Source: Candidatus Latescibacterota bacterium
GTDB taxonomy: Bacteria; Latescibacterota; UBA2968; UBA8231
Assembly: GCA_965243025.1 (NCBI GenBank)
Contig: CBDETY010000003.1
Location: forward strand, 6,336,001-6,400,000
Direction of reading: 5' to 3'
Length of the DNA: 64,000 nt
Positions within the stretch are counted from its first letter, which is position 1. Every line of letters begins with the position of its first letter. Under the pieces are notes generated by a model. That model ran no database searches, was not told where the DNA came from, and saw nothing but the letters and a program-made list of their open reading frames with translations. Positions 1 to 9,287 of the stretch are shown one piece after another. Made by a program: the position numbers and the translations under genes.

Positions 1-1083
1 GTGCAGTTCCTCCGGCTCGAGGGCAGCGAAGCGGCGGCGCTGAGCCTGCAGACCGAGCCGCAGGCCCTGCTTGGCGCGGTTGCCCTGCCGGTTGCCAAGG
101 CTGCGGCAGCCGCGCCCATGACTGCGGACCACTTCACCGGCATCACCCTCGACCCGCCCCTGCCGCTGCAGCTGGCCACCGGGGAGACGCTGCTGTTTCA
201 GGGGACCACGGCCGACAGCGTCGAGGTGATCAACCTCGAGTTCGTCCCGGAGGACGGGGGGGAAGCGCAGCGGTTCTTCCTGCTGGTCCGCGAAGGGCGC
301 TTCCTGCGGACGGTGTTTTTCCAGCACGACGAGGTTTCGACCTACTCCCTCAACGTCTACGTCGACAAGCGCCAGCCGACCCCGTTCGTCGGACGCTTCT
401 TCCCGATTCGCCTCGTCCAGGGGCAAGATCCCCTGTTTGCACCGACCCGGTACTTCAACCGGGTGCGGCTCGACAATCCCCTGCCGACCTCGGCGCCTGC
501 CAACCTGCCCTTCCGCGTCAGCGGGGAAGTGGACGATGGGGAAGCGACCCTGATGGAGTTCTCCCTGTTTCCCCAGGGAGAGGATGGGCAGCGCTCGCGC
601 AGGGCGGAGAGTTCCCAGGGCCTGCCGGTGGAGGCCGGGCGCTTCGACGGCGAGCTGCATTTCGACGAGGTGCCCCCCGGCACCTATTGGCTGTCGCTGG
701 ACGTCGGGCAGCCGGGGGATCTGACCTACGTCGGGGCGGTTGTCAATTTCGAGGTCCTCGAACCGGTCACCGCGGTCCTGGAGGAGGGGGAGACCGGACC
801 GCAGGCCTTTGCCCTGTATCCCAACTACCCCAATCCCTTCAACAGGGGGACGGTGCTCTCCTTCTCCCTGCCGGAAGCCCAGCCGGAGGTCGAGCTGACG
901 GTGTACGACCTGCTGGGGCAGAAGCTGGCGGTGCTGGTCCGCGGGGCGCGGGGGTCCGGGTTCCACTCGGTGGCCTGGAACGGCCTGGACGATTCGGGAC
1001 GGCCGCTGGCGAGCGGCTCGTACCTGTACCGGCTGCGGGCGGGGCCGCACCGGGCGGTGGGCAAGCTGATGCTGCTGCGCTGA
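1..1083 (+). CDS. Secreted protein with C-terminal T9SS type A-like/FlgD Ig sorting domain (5' end probably outside window)
   Basis: C-terminus FALYPNYPNPFN...VELTVYDLLGQ...WNGLDDSGRPLASGSYLYRL is the typical FCB-group sorting domain; ORF open at position 1. Confidence 0.85.
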   Translation: MQFLRLEGSEAAALSLQTEPQALLGAVALPVAKAAAAAPMTADHFTGITLDPPLPLQLATGETLLFQGTTADSVEVINLEFVPEDGGEAQRFFLLVREGRFLRTVFFQHDEVSTYSLNVYVDKRQPTPFVGRFFPIRLVQGQDPLFAPTRYFNRVRLDNPLPTSAPANLPFRVSGEVDDGEATLMEFSLFPQGEDGQRSRRAESSQGLPVEAGRFDGELHFDEVPPGTYWLSLDVGQPGDLTYVGAVVNFEVLEPVTAVLEEGETGPQAFALYPNYPNPFNRGTVLSFSLPEAQPEVELTVYDLLGQKLAVLVRGARGSGFHSVAWNGLDDSGRPLASGSYLYRLRAGPHRAVGKLMLLR

Positions 1084-1088
1084 AGGGG

Positions 1089-2639
1089 CTAAGGCCGCGA
1101 TTCGTGGTGCGGCCACTCCCCCGGCGCCGCGATGCTGTCGACCAGGGCCCTGCGCTCGAAAGCCTGCTCCACCAGCGGCAGGGCGTTGCGCTCGGTCTCC
1201 CACAGCTCCACCGCGGGGTACTCGTCGGCGATAAGGGTCAGCCTCAGGTAGTCCTCCCCCCAGTTGACGATGACGTCGTCGACGACGCCGTTGCGCCCGC
1301 GCTCGAGGTTCTCCGCCAGCCGGAGAATGGCGGCGAGCCGGGTGAGGATGGCCAGATCGTCGGCGTCGAGCAGGGCCTCGTAGGTCGAGATGTCGGGGGA
1401 GCCCTTGCGGTGGTAGCGCGCCAGCAGGCCGATCAGGGCGATCTCCCGCGGGGAAAAGCCGGCCAGCCCGTTGTAGTGGATCAATGTCTGCGAGTGTTTG
1501 TGGTGGCCGTCGTAGGCGATGACGGTGCCGAGGTCGTGCAGCAGGGCCGCCGCGTCGAGCATCTCCCGTTCCCCGGCGCCATACCCGTGCAGCGGGGCCA
1601 GCTGGTCGAACAGGCGTCCGGCGAGGTAGCGGACGTGGTTGGCGTGCTGCTTCTGGTAATCGTAGTTGCGGGCGATGTTGAGGACGCTGAAGCGGCGGAC
1701 GTCGGGGATGACGGGGAAGGGCAGGTGCTGCCAGAAGTGCTCGAAGAAGAGCCCCTCCCGGAGGCCGCACGCCGAGATCGTCAGGTCGTCGAGGCCGAGG
1801 CGGTCGAGGAACGCGGCCAGCACCAGGGCCCCGGCGAGGATGATGTCGGCCCGGTCCGGGCTGATGGGCAGGCCCTGCCGCTGGCGCAGGTCGTACCGGC
1901 AGAAGAAGTCGATCGACTGTTCGACCGAGTCCCGGGTGAGGCGGAAGCCGTGCAGGGTGTTCAGGGGGTAGCGCTGCCTCTCCGCCTCGATCTTGGCGAG
2001 GTTGCGGATGGTCCCGCCCAGTCCCACCAGGGCTTCAGGCTTCCCGAGCCAGGGTATCGAATCCAGCTGCGACTCGATCTCCAGCTCCAGGTTCCGCCGC
2101 TCTTTGGGCGCGACCGGGTCGGAGCGCACGAAGCGCTCGGTCAGGGCGAGGGCCCCGAGGGTGCGCGCTTCCCCGCGGATGTAGCGCCCGTCCCGCACCT
2201 CGCTCACCTGGGCGCTGCCGCCCCCGATGTCGAGGACGACCCCGTCCCGCAGGGTGACGTCGTTGAGGGCGCCGACGGTGCTGTAGTAGGCTTCCCGCTC
2301 GCCGTCGAGAACCCGCAGGTCGAGCCCGATCTCGTCGCGGACGCGCTGCACGAAGGCGCGCCCGTTGGCGGCGTCGCGCACGGCGCTGGTCGCCGTCGAC
2401 AGCACGACCTCGGCCCCGGTGCTCTCGCAGAAGCGCTTGAACAGCCTCAGGGTGGAGATCGCCCGGGCCGCCGCTTCCTCGGCGAGCCCCTTCTTGGTCA
2501 TGCCCTGGCGCAGGCGCACGACCTCGCGGATCTCGTCCTGCAGGCGGTAGGAGTACCCGGGGATGGCGGCGATCAGCACCAGGCGGGCGGTGTTCGAGCC
2601 GAGGTCGATTACCGCGACGTGATTGGGAGGGGCGTTCAT
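1089..2639 (-). CDS. ppx: Ppx/GppA exopolyphosphatase with C-terminal HD domain
   Basis: VIDLGSNT, ATSAVRDA, DIGGGS, GLREG and LLHDLG motifs; 516 aa. Confidence 0.93.
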   Translation of the reverse strand: MNAPPNHVAVIDLGSNTARLVLIAAIPGYSYRLQDEIREVVRLRQGMTKKGLAEEAAARAISTLRLFKRFCESTGAEVVLSTATSAVRDAANGRAFVQRVRDEIGLDLRVLDGEREAYYSTVGALNDVTLRDGVVLDIGGGSAQVSEVRDGRYIRGEARTLGALALTERFVRSDPVAPKERRNLELEIESQLDSIPWLGKPEALVGLGGTIRNLAKIEAERQRYPLNTLHGFRLTRDSVEQSIDFFCRYDLRQRQGLPISPDRADIILAGALVLAAFLDRLGLDDLTISACGLREGLFFEHFWQHLPFPVIPDVRRFSVLNIARNYDYQKQHANHVRYLAGRLFDQLAPLHGYGAGEREMLDAAALLHDLGTVIAYDGHHKHSQTLIHYNGLAGFSPREIALIGLLARYHRKGSPDISTYEALLDADDLAILTRLAAILRLAENLERGRNGVVDDVIVNWGEDYLRLTLIADEYPAVELWETERNALPLVEQAFERRALVDSIAAPGEWPHHESRP

Positions 2640-2663
2640 GGCGGTTGCGTCACCAACGGGCTG

Positions 2664-3626
2664 CTACACCTCGCTCAGGTCGCGGGGGTTCGACCAGGCT
2701 TTGCGGCCGTCGGGGCCGATGACCTCGAAGCGGACCCAGCGCGAGCCGGGGCGCAGCGGGAAGGTCGCCTCCTCGAAGGTCGACCCCCGTTCGCGGTACT
2801 CGGTTCCGTAGGCGTCGTTCACGGCGCGCACCGCCTGCGCCTCGGAGCAGCGCACCGTCGCCTCCACCTTGCGGGAATCCTCACCGTCCCCGGCCGGGAG
2901 CCTCCGCAGCGAGATGTCGCGGATTTCAGGCCCGGTCGTCGAGTAGGTACACCCGCTGTTGAGCGCTTCGAGAACCGCCTCGACGGTCCGTTCCTTCACG
3001 CGCGCCATCGTCCAGCCTTCGTAGGTGTCGCGGCCCTCCGACTCGTCGGCGTGGGAATCGTCGTTGGAAAGGGCGGGGTAGAGCCGGTCCTCCAGGCTCA
3101 TCCAGTCGTCCCAGTGCACGGAGCTGTCGCCGCGGCCTGCCCGGCAGCAGGTGGTGTTGAATACTTCGATGCCCGCCAACCCGTTCAGGGGAACGGTATC
3201 GCGGAGAATGTTGACCGAGCTCCAGTGCGGGTGGGCGAGCCAGACGCTGCCTCCCTGCTCGCGGACCTCGTCGATCACCATCTGCGGCGGCATGCGCCGG
3301 GCGTCCATGTCCTCGTGGATGTTGAGGCAGACGAAGTGGTGGATCTGCCCGCCGAAGGGGTTGGAGGGGTGCAGCTCCGCCCCCTGGATCAGGACGAAAT
3401 CTTCCGGTGCCTCGACGCTGTCGACACGGGTGATGTCGTTGTGGTCGGACAGGCAGAGGTAATCGTAGCCCTGGTTTACGTACCCGTCGAGGCGCTCCTG
3501 CGGGGAGACGCGGCCGTCGGAGTTGGTCGTGTGGCTGTGCAGGTTTCCCTTCAGCCAGAAGTAGTCGTCTCCGTCAAGGGCGAAGGGGTCGACCAGGGCG
3601 TTTTCGGTGTTTTCGGTAGCGGCCAT
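2664..3626 (-). CDS. PHP-fold metallohydrolase (CehA/McbA-like)
   Basis: KGNLHSHTTNSDG, SDHN, AHP, IEVFN and DDSH motifs. Confidence 0.85.
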   Translation of the reverse strand: MAATENTENALVDPFALDGDDYFWLKGNLHSHTTNSDGRVSPQERLDGYVNQGYDYLCLSDHNDITRVDSVEAPEDFVLIQGAELHPSNPFGGQIHHFVCLNIHEDMDARRMPPQMVIDEVREQGGSVWLAHPHWSSVNILRDTVPLNGLAGIEVFNTTCCRAGRGDSSVHWDDWMSLEDRLYPALSNDDSHADESEGRDTYEGWTMARVKERTVEAVLEALNSGCTYSTTGPEIRDISLRRLPAGDGEDSRKVEATVRCSEAQAVRAVNDAYGTEYRERGSTFEEATFPLRPGSRWVRFEVIGPDGRKAWSNPRDLSEV

Positions 3627-3779
3627 GCTGTCGGTTCACTCCTCTCGGTTGAGGTTGGCGGATCGAATCGGTCTCATGGAAATCCAAGCTATAGCAAGTA
3701 TAGCGGAAAAACTTGACAGGTGTGTGGCGGCGGGCGTTGATCGAGCGTCCACACCAAATATGCACAGGAGGGGAGTGTC

Positions 3780-4862
3780 GTGAGCCGATCGAACGGAAAA
3801 GCGAGAATCGGATTCATCGGAGCCGGGTGGTGGGCGACGAGCAACCACATGCCGGTGCTGGCCGTCCGCGACGACGTCGAGCTGGCCGGGGTCTGCCGCC
3901 TCGGCAGGCAGGAGCTGAACCAGATCCAGGACCGCTTCGGCTTTGCGTACGCCACCGAGGACTACCGCGAGCTGCTCGGGCAGTGCGAGCTCGACGGCGT
4001 GGTCGTCGCATCCCCCCACACCCTGCACTTCGAGCACGCCAGCGCCGCTCTCGAGAAGGGCCTGCACGTGATGTGCGAGAAACCGATCACCACCAGGGGG
4101 GCCGACGCCCGCAGGCTGGTTGAGACCGCGGGCCGCAACGGGCTGCACCTGCTGGTCCCGTACGGATGGCACTACAAGCGCTTCGTGCAGCGGGCCAAGG
4201 CCCTGCTCGACGAGGGGGCCGTCGGCGAGATCGAGTTCGTTCTCTGCCACATGGCCTCGCCGATCCGGCCGCTGCTGCGCGGCGAGGAGTTCAGGGTGGA
4301 CGAGGTCAGCGGCCAGTCGGGCGGCAACATGTTCGACCCGGCCCCCTCGACCTGGGCCGATCCGAAGATTGCCGGGGGCGGCTACGGCCTGGCGCAGATG
4401 TCGCACTCCACCGGGATGCTCTTCTGGCTCAGCGGCCTGGAGGCCCGCTCGGTCTACAGCGTCATGTCTGCTTCAGAGTCGGCGGTGGAGATGTACGACG
4501 CCCTCGCCGTCACCTTCACCAACGGCGCCATCGGCACGCTCAGCGGGGCCGGCACCGTGCCCATGGACCAGACCTTCCAGGTCGACCTGCGGTTCTTCGG
4601 CTCGGAGGGGATGCTGCTTCTCGACTGCGAGCGGGCGCGCATGCACCTGCGCCGCCACGACGGCCGGCACGAGGTCGCCGACGTCGCCGGGGACGCCGGC
4701 TTCTACGAGTGCGACGGCCCGCCGGCGAACTTCGTCGAGCTGATTCTCGGAAAGACGGAGGTCAACTCCGCTCCCGGGGAAGCGGCGATGAGAGGAGCCG
4801 AGACGCTCGACGCGGCGTACCGTTCGGTCGCATCGGGGAAGGCCGAGCCAGTGCGGGAGTAG
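3780..4862 (+). CDS. Gfo/Idh/MocA family oxidoreductase
   Basis: GFIGAG Rossmann start, HVMCEKP motif; GGAGGGGAG RBS before GTG. Confidence 0.92.
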   Translation: MSRSNGKARIGFIGAGWWATSNHMPVLAVRDDVELAGVCRLGRQELNQIQDRFGFAYATEDYRELLGQCELDGVVVASPHTLHFEHASAALEKGLHVMCEKPITTRGADARRLVETAGRNGLHLLVPYGWHYKRFVQRAKALLDEGAVGEIEFVLCHMASPIRPLLRGEEFRVDEVSGQSGGNMFDPAPSTWADPKIAGGGYGLAQMSHSTGMLFWLSGLEARSVYSVMSASESAVEMYDALAVTFTNGAIGTLSGAGTVPMDQTFQVDLRFFGSEGMLLLDCERARMHLRRHDGRHEVADVAGDAGFYECDGPPANFVELILGKTEVNSAPGEAAMRGAETLDAAYRSVASGKAEPVRE

Positions 4863-5019
4863 GTGGGGTGCCGGGTGGACCTGTCCGATTGCGACTGTTC
4901 ACCCCGGTATGTACCGTCGAGTCGGATGAGCAACCCCGCCGGCACTTCCGGAGCCATTGGTCCGGATGCAATGAGTTACAGGAAAAAAGAGGGAAAGGGT
5001 CTGTGCAGGGGAAGGTCGT

Positions 5020-5334
5020 CTACGGAATAGCGAGCGGTTCGATATCCGCCAGCTCGCCTCGATGTCGCTGCTCTGATTCCCAAAGATCTCGTTTGTGTTG
5101 GGCCTTCATCCAAAATTCGGGAGAGTTTCCAAACAAGCGGGCAAGTTTCAATGCCATGATGGGCGAGATGGCGCGCCGTTCCCGCAGAAGCTCATTTATC
5201 GTTTGACGGGATACACCCAATGCCTCCGCAAGGGCAGTCACTGTCAGTGTATAGTCCGGCAGGAAATCCTCACGTAGCATTTCGCCAGGATGAGTTGGCG
5301 GGATGAGGCGTTTTCGTGTATTTGCGATGGCCAT
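5020..5334 (-). CDS. higA: HigA family antitoxin (HTH)
   Basis: PTHPGEMLREDFL...LAEALGVSRQTINELLRERRAISPIMALKLARLFGNSPEFW. Confidence 0.93.
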   Translation of the reverse strand: MAIANTRKRLIPPTHPGEMLREDFLPDYTLTVTALAEALGVSRQTINELLRERRAISPIMALKLARLFGNSPEFWMKAQHKRDLWESEQRHRGELADIEPLAIP

Positions 5335-5346
5335 GGGATGTTCCTT

Positions 5347-5628
5347 TCAGTGATAGTCCGTGATTTCTACGTCGTAAGCGTCCCCGTCGACAAACCGAAA
5401 ACAGATGCGCCATTGTTGGTTGATGGCGATGGCGTGTTGTCCCTTGCGGTCCTTCTTCAACTGGTGCAGGCGGTTGCCAGGTGGAACTCTCAGATCGTTC
5501 AACGTGTTGGCGAGGTCGATGTATTCCAAGCGGCGGATTGCTCTTCGCACCAGGTCAACCGGCAATCTCCTGGATTCGCCAGTGCGGTAAATACGCTGGG
5601 TTTCCCTGTCTGCAAATGTCTTTATCAC
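5347..5628 (-). CDS. higB: HigB family toxin (RelE fold); probable GTG start at 5628
   Basis: IKTFAD...DLRVPPGNRLHQLKKDRKGQHAIAINQQWRICFRF...EITDYH; upstream of higA. Confidence 0.93.
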   Translation of the reverse strand: MIKTFADRETQRIYRTGESRRLPVDLVRRAIRRLEYIDLANTLNDLRVPPGNRLHQLKKDRKGQHAIAINQQWRICFRFVDGDAYDVEITDYH

Positions 5629-5634
5629 CGACTG

Positions 5635-5664
5635 AGTGTAATGTGTAACGTGACACATTGTCAA
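5635..5664 (-). promoter_or_regulatory. sigma70-type promoter of higBA with palindromic operator
   Basis: Minus strand TTGACA-N18-TACACT; near-perfect palindrome AATGTGTAACGTGACACATT at 5640-5659; -10 ends 6 nt before the GTG. Confidence 0.75.
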
Positions 5665-5724
5665 GGTGGAATTCCATCTTCGGCGACGTTACCAGAGATG
5701 AACTAATCAAATGACGCGGAAGGA

Positions 5725-6234
5725 ATGAACAAGATTGCCGTAAGAACATCGACATTGCACGGGCAGGGAGTGTTTTCGACGGTCCATTTACGCCGGTGCG
5801 AGGTCATTCATCGAATCGACGATACCCGGGTCGTTGACGAAGAACATCCGCTCAGGCCAGACTTGGGCGAAGATCCGATCCAACGAGACTGGCTGCCGGA
5901 TGGCACCACCGTGCTGATGAAAAAGCCCGCAGGTTTCTTTAACCACTCATGCGACCCGAATGTTTTCGTGTATTCTGTTGACAGGCAGCGATTTGTACTA
6001 GCAATGCGAGACATTTTGCCGGGCAAGGAACTCTTTTTTGACTACTCGCTGAATGCCGTGAATGGTGATGTCTGGGAGTGTCGATGCGGGGCGGGCAACT
6101 GCCGACGACGCCACAAGTGCGACTTCTTCTTCCTACCGGATTCTCGAAAGCGAGATTACTTGCCTTTTCTGGATCCTTGGTTCGTAGAAGTCCACCGGCC
6201 TCTTATTCTCGAGCTTCTTGAACGCTCCTGTTAG
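5725..6234 (+). CDS. SET domain protein with post-SET Cys cluster (putative lysine methyltransferase)
   Basis: HGQGVF, FNHSCDPN, ELFFDY and CRCGAGNCR motifs. Confidence 0.9.
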   Translation: MNKIAVRTSTLHGQGVFSTVHLRRCEVIHRIDDTRVVDEEHPLRPDLGEDPIQRDWLPDGTTVLMKKPAGFFNHSCDPNVFVYSVDRQRFVLAMRDILPGKELFFDYSLNAVNGDVWECRCGAGNCRRRHKCDFFFLPDSRKRDYLPFLDPWFVEVHRPLILELLERSC

Positions 6235-6342
6235 CGTTCCGTTCCGAAGAATCGGTTTCACGAAAGGGGCATAACAGGGACGGCGCAATAGCGCCTTCGC
6301 CCCACGCTGCGCGGCTCGGGCACGGAAGGAATACGGAGATCA

Positions 6343-6768
6343 ATGGAAAACGAACTTTTCGATATTTGCTGCGAGCGGAATCCACCTCCGGAGGATCAAC
6401 GCAGACGGCTTGTCACGGCGCTGAAACAGGGCGCGGACCTCCACGCTGACGACAAGAATGGGGTCACCGCCCTACACCATGCTGTACGCTTCAGAAGCCC
6501 GGCGGCAGTCAAGACCCTTGTCGAGCACGGTGCCAACGTCAACCGTGCCTGCCTCCGAAATGGTTCGACACCACTCCACCGTGCGGTGACGCAGACGGGC
6601 GCTCCCGGTACAGCCGGAAGGGCTCAAGCTGCCCGGGAAATCGTGGAGATTCTTCTCGCCGCGGGAGCCGACCCTTCGATTGCCAACAAGCTTGGGAAAA
6701 GACCCGTTGACTATGTAACAGAGGAACCGATCAAGTCGATGCTCAGCAACAAGGATAGTGTCGCATAA
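6343..6768 (+). CDS. Ankyrin repeat protein
   Basis: GVTALHHA, GSTPLHRA, LLAAGADP repeats. Confidence 0.9.
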   Translation: MENELFDICCERNPPPEDQRRRLVTALKQGADLHADDKNGVTALHHAVRFRSPAAVKTLVEHGANVNRACLRNGSTPLHRAVTQTGAPGTAGRAQAAREIVEILLAAGADPSIANKLGKRPVDYVTEEPIKSMLSNKDSVA

Positions 6769-6874
6769 CAACCCTGATTGTTTCCGGGAGTCAGGAGTTC
6801 CATTGTGGCAGGACTTTCGACGTTCGGCCGCGGAAACGTCAGAGGAAACAGAAACAAGATACCAGATAATCGAA

Positions 6875-6902
6875 AAGGTGATGCTTTAAGGTGATGCTTT
6901 AA
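6875..6902 (+). repeat. 13-bp perfect tandem duplication (AAGGTGATGCTTT)x2
   Basis: Copies at 6875-6887 and 6888-6900, followed by AA and the ATG at 6902. Confidence 0.85.
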
Positions 6903-7108
6903 TGAAATGGGCCGATCGTTTGGCGCAGGTCAGGATTCGGCGACTCTATCGGTCCGCCGTACTGGGCATTTACGATGAAGAAGCCCTCCAGGAGGTCGGG
7001 TCGGCTCTCCATCGACCGCTCCCCGGCTTCGCCGCGGCGAAACGGTGGCGGCAACCCCCCAATCCCACCAAAAGTCATAGTGCGCGAATTGACCAGAAAC
7101 GGTATTGA
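6902..7108 (+). pseudogene. Probable truncated gene (N-terminal fragment only)
   Basis: RBS and protein-like start MKWADRLAQVRIRRLYRSAVLGIYDEEALQEVGSAL, then runs into a GC-rich hairpin-like sequence. Confidence 0.4.
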
Positions 7109-7884
7109 AGCGGGCCTTCGCAGGCTCGGATTGAAGGAAGGCGTTACAGTTGAAGTTCATTGTTCATTGAGCAGTTTGGGCCATGTAGAAGGGGGGAGCT
7201 GTAACTGTTGTCGATGCCCTGATGAGTGTCGTGGGAAAAACCGGATCGTTGTTGATGTCCAACTATCCGCTCGCCTTGGTCCCTTTGACCCCTGAAGAGA
7301 GGGGGAAAGGGATAGGTTGGAAACTCAGGAAACTTCCCGAGAATTCACACGAGAGAACGGTGACAGGCGCTGTTTCAAACGAGTTTCGCTTCAGACCTGA
7401 CGTGGTATGCGGTTCCGGGATCCATCGTGTCTGCGCCTGGGGACGGGATGCGGAATTGCACGCCAGGGGATACCGACACCTGCTCGAAGTTGATGGACTG
7501 GTACTTCTGGTTGGTGTAGAAATAGATCGATGTTCCAGCATGCATCTCGCCGACCGGGTGAAGATCACCAGGCAAGCCGGGGAGCGGATGAATGCCTTCT
7601 GGCCTGATGCAGGGTCCGAAATCACGGACGCAGTCAGACAGGAATATCCTTCAGATATTGTCATTGGCCCCTGGGAAGGGGTATCTGGAGGTCCGTGGGA
7701 GAACGCCAGGCACGAAGCCGAGAGGCGTGGACTGATCAAGAGAGGTGAGATCGGTCAGGCAGCCTGCTTGCTCTTCAGGGCCAGGGATCTGGTCGCTCTG
7801 ATCGAGGAAGTCCGCAAATCCGGACCTTTCCCAGTCGGCGTCAGAAAAAATGCTGAAAAAGAAGGAATAGTCCGTTGTCGATAG
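7080..7884 (+). pseudogene. AAC(3)/YokD family N-acetyltransferase, frameshifted at G6 (7191-7196)
   Basis: LRRLGLKEGVTVEVHCSLSSLGHVEGG in one frame continues as AVTVVDALMSVVG...VLLVGVEIDRCSSMHLAD in another; removing one G joins them. Confidence 0.8.
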
Positions 7885-8618
7885 AATCTCCTGAGGATTT
7901 CGAAGGCCTTGCGCGGGCAGGACAGGTGGTAGCCGCCACGTTGAAGGAAATGGAGGGTGCCGTTCGGGCGGGAGCAACCACTGCGGAGGTCGATCGCGCT
8001 GGTGAGTTGGTGCTCAACCGGTACGGGGCAAGGTCCGCACCTCAGGTGATTTACGGTTTTCCTGGCGTAAACCTTATCAGCGTCAATGACGAGATCGTTC
8101 ACGGTATTCCGGGGGAGCGGGTGTTCGAGCCCGGTGACATTGTAAGCCTGGATGTCACCGCCGAACTGAAGGGCTACATCGCAGACGCAGCAATCACGGT
8201 CCCGATTCCTCCATGCTCCGCCAAAGCTGCCAGATTGTGCCAGTGTTCCCGTGAGGCGTTGAAAAAGGCGGTGGCGGTAGCTCGAGCAAACAAACCGATA
8301 AATTGCATCGGCCATGCAGTCGAGCAGGAGGTTAAGCGGCAAGGATTCTGGGTTGTGAGTGAGCTTTCCGGGCACGGGGTAGGTCGGGTTATCCATGAAG
8401 ACCCCATCGTTGCGAACACCTGCGATCCCCTCGATTCGAAGCCGCTGACCAATGGTCTTGTGATCACCATCGAACCTCTGATTTCCGAGCGCCCGGCCCG
8501 AGCTGTTGAAGATCCCGACGGTTGGACCGTGAGAACCTCTAACGGCGCTCTTTCTGCTCATTTTGAGCATACTGTCGTAATTACCGACGACAGGCCTGTT
8601 TTGCTGACTGCACTCTGA
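7875..8618 (+). CDS. map: Type I methionine aminopeptidase
   Basis: SVNDEIVHGIP, SLDV...IAD, GHGVG..IHEDP, IEP, AHFEHT motifs. Confidence 0.95.
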   Translation: MSIESPEDFEGLARAGQVVAATLKEMEGAVRAGATTAEVDRAGELVLNRYGARSAPQVIYGFPGVNLISVNDEIVHGIPGERVFEPGDIVSLDVTAELKGYIADAAITVPIPPCSAKAARLCQCSREALKKAVAVARANKPINCIGHAVEQEVKRQGFWVVSELSGHGVGRVIHEDPIVANTCDPLDSKPLTNGLVITIEPLISERPARAVEDPDGWTVRTSNGALSAHFEHTVVITDDRPVLLTAL

Positions 8619-8758
8619 GCACCTGATTTCTGTAAACATGTCCGTGCCTGGCCGGGGCGTGCCCCTGCGCGACAGGTTTGACCTTCGGGCAGGACCCACA
8701 ACAACAGGGTCGCGCTACGCTGCCATCAGCGGACAGGAAGATTTTGAAGAAAAGCCCA

Positions 8759-9208
8759 ATGCAACCGAACGGCCCAAAGCATATCGTTGCCGCTGGCCTT
8801 CTGGTGACAAAAGGAGACCGGGTCCTTCTCGTGCGAACCCCGCGGAGGGGTTGGGAATTTCCAGGAGGGCAGATTGAGGAGGGGGAGTCTTTGCTCGATG
8901 GCGTCCTTCGCGAAGTAGCGGAGGAAGCCAATGTGCAGGCGACAGCGGATTTTCTCGTAGGTGTCTATTCTAACCTCAGTTTCAGCCGGGTGATCTTCGA
9001 TTTTCTTGGTTCCTGGGTATCGGGAGAGGCCATAACGGGCGAAGAGACCATGGATGTCTGCTGGGCTCAGAAGAGAGAAGCCGTCGAGATGATTGAACAT
9101 CCTGGCTACAGCCGCCGGCTCCAGCAGCTGCTGAAGTTTGACGGACGCGTCCTCTATCAGTCGTACACCAGCAATCCATTTACAGTGCACACCGAAAGGC
9201 TTGTGTAA
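8759..9208 (+). CDS. NUDIX hydrolase
   Basis: Nudix box GGQIEEGESLLDGVLREVAEEANV; start placed at ATG 8759. Confidence 0.9.
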   Translation: MQPNGPKHIVAAGLLVTKGDRVLLVRTPRRGWEFPGGQIEEGESLLDGVLREVAEEANVQATADFLVGVYSNLSFSRVIFDFLGSWVSGEAITGEETMDVCWAQKREAVEMIEHPGYSRRLQQLLKFDGRVLYQSYTSNPFTVHTERLV

Positions 9209-9287
9209 GGATCCTGCCGGGCGTGTTCTCCGATTCGGTTAAGGGCCACCGGAGGATGAGCCGTTTGGGCAGGTGGAGCTGTGAAAG

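Noticed and set aside
687-3716. 1009-aa + strand ORF
   Set aside because: Antisense shadow of ppx and the PHP gene; expected in GC-rich DNA; no motifs.
3713-3745. TTGACA upstream of the first Gfo/Idh/MocA gene (similar case at 26871)
   Set aside because: No convincing -10 at 16-18 bp, so not called as a promoter.
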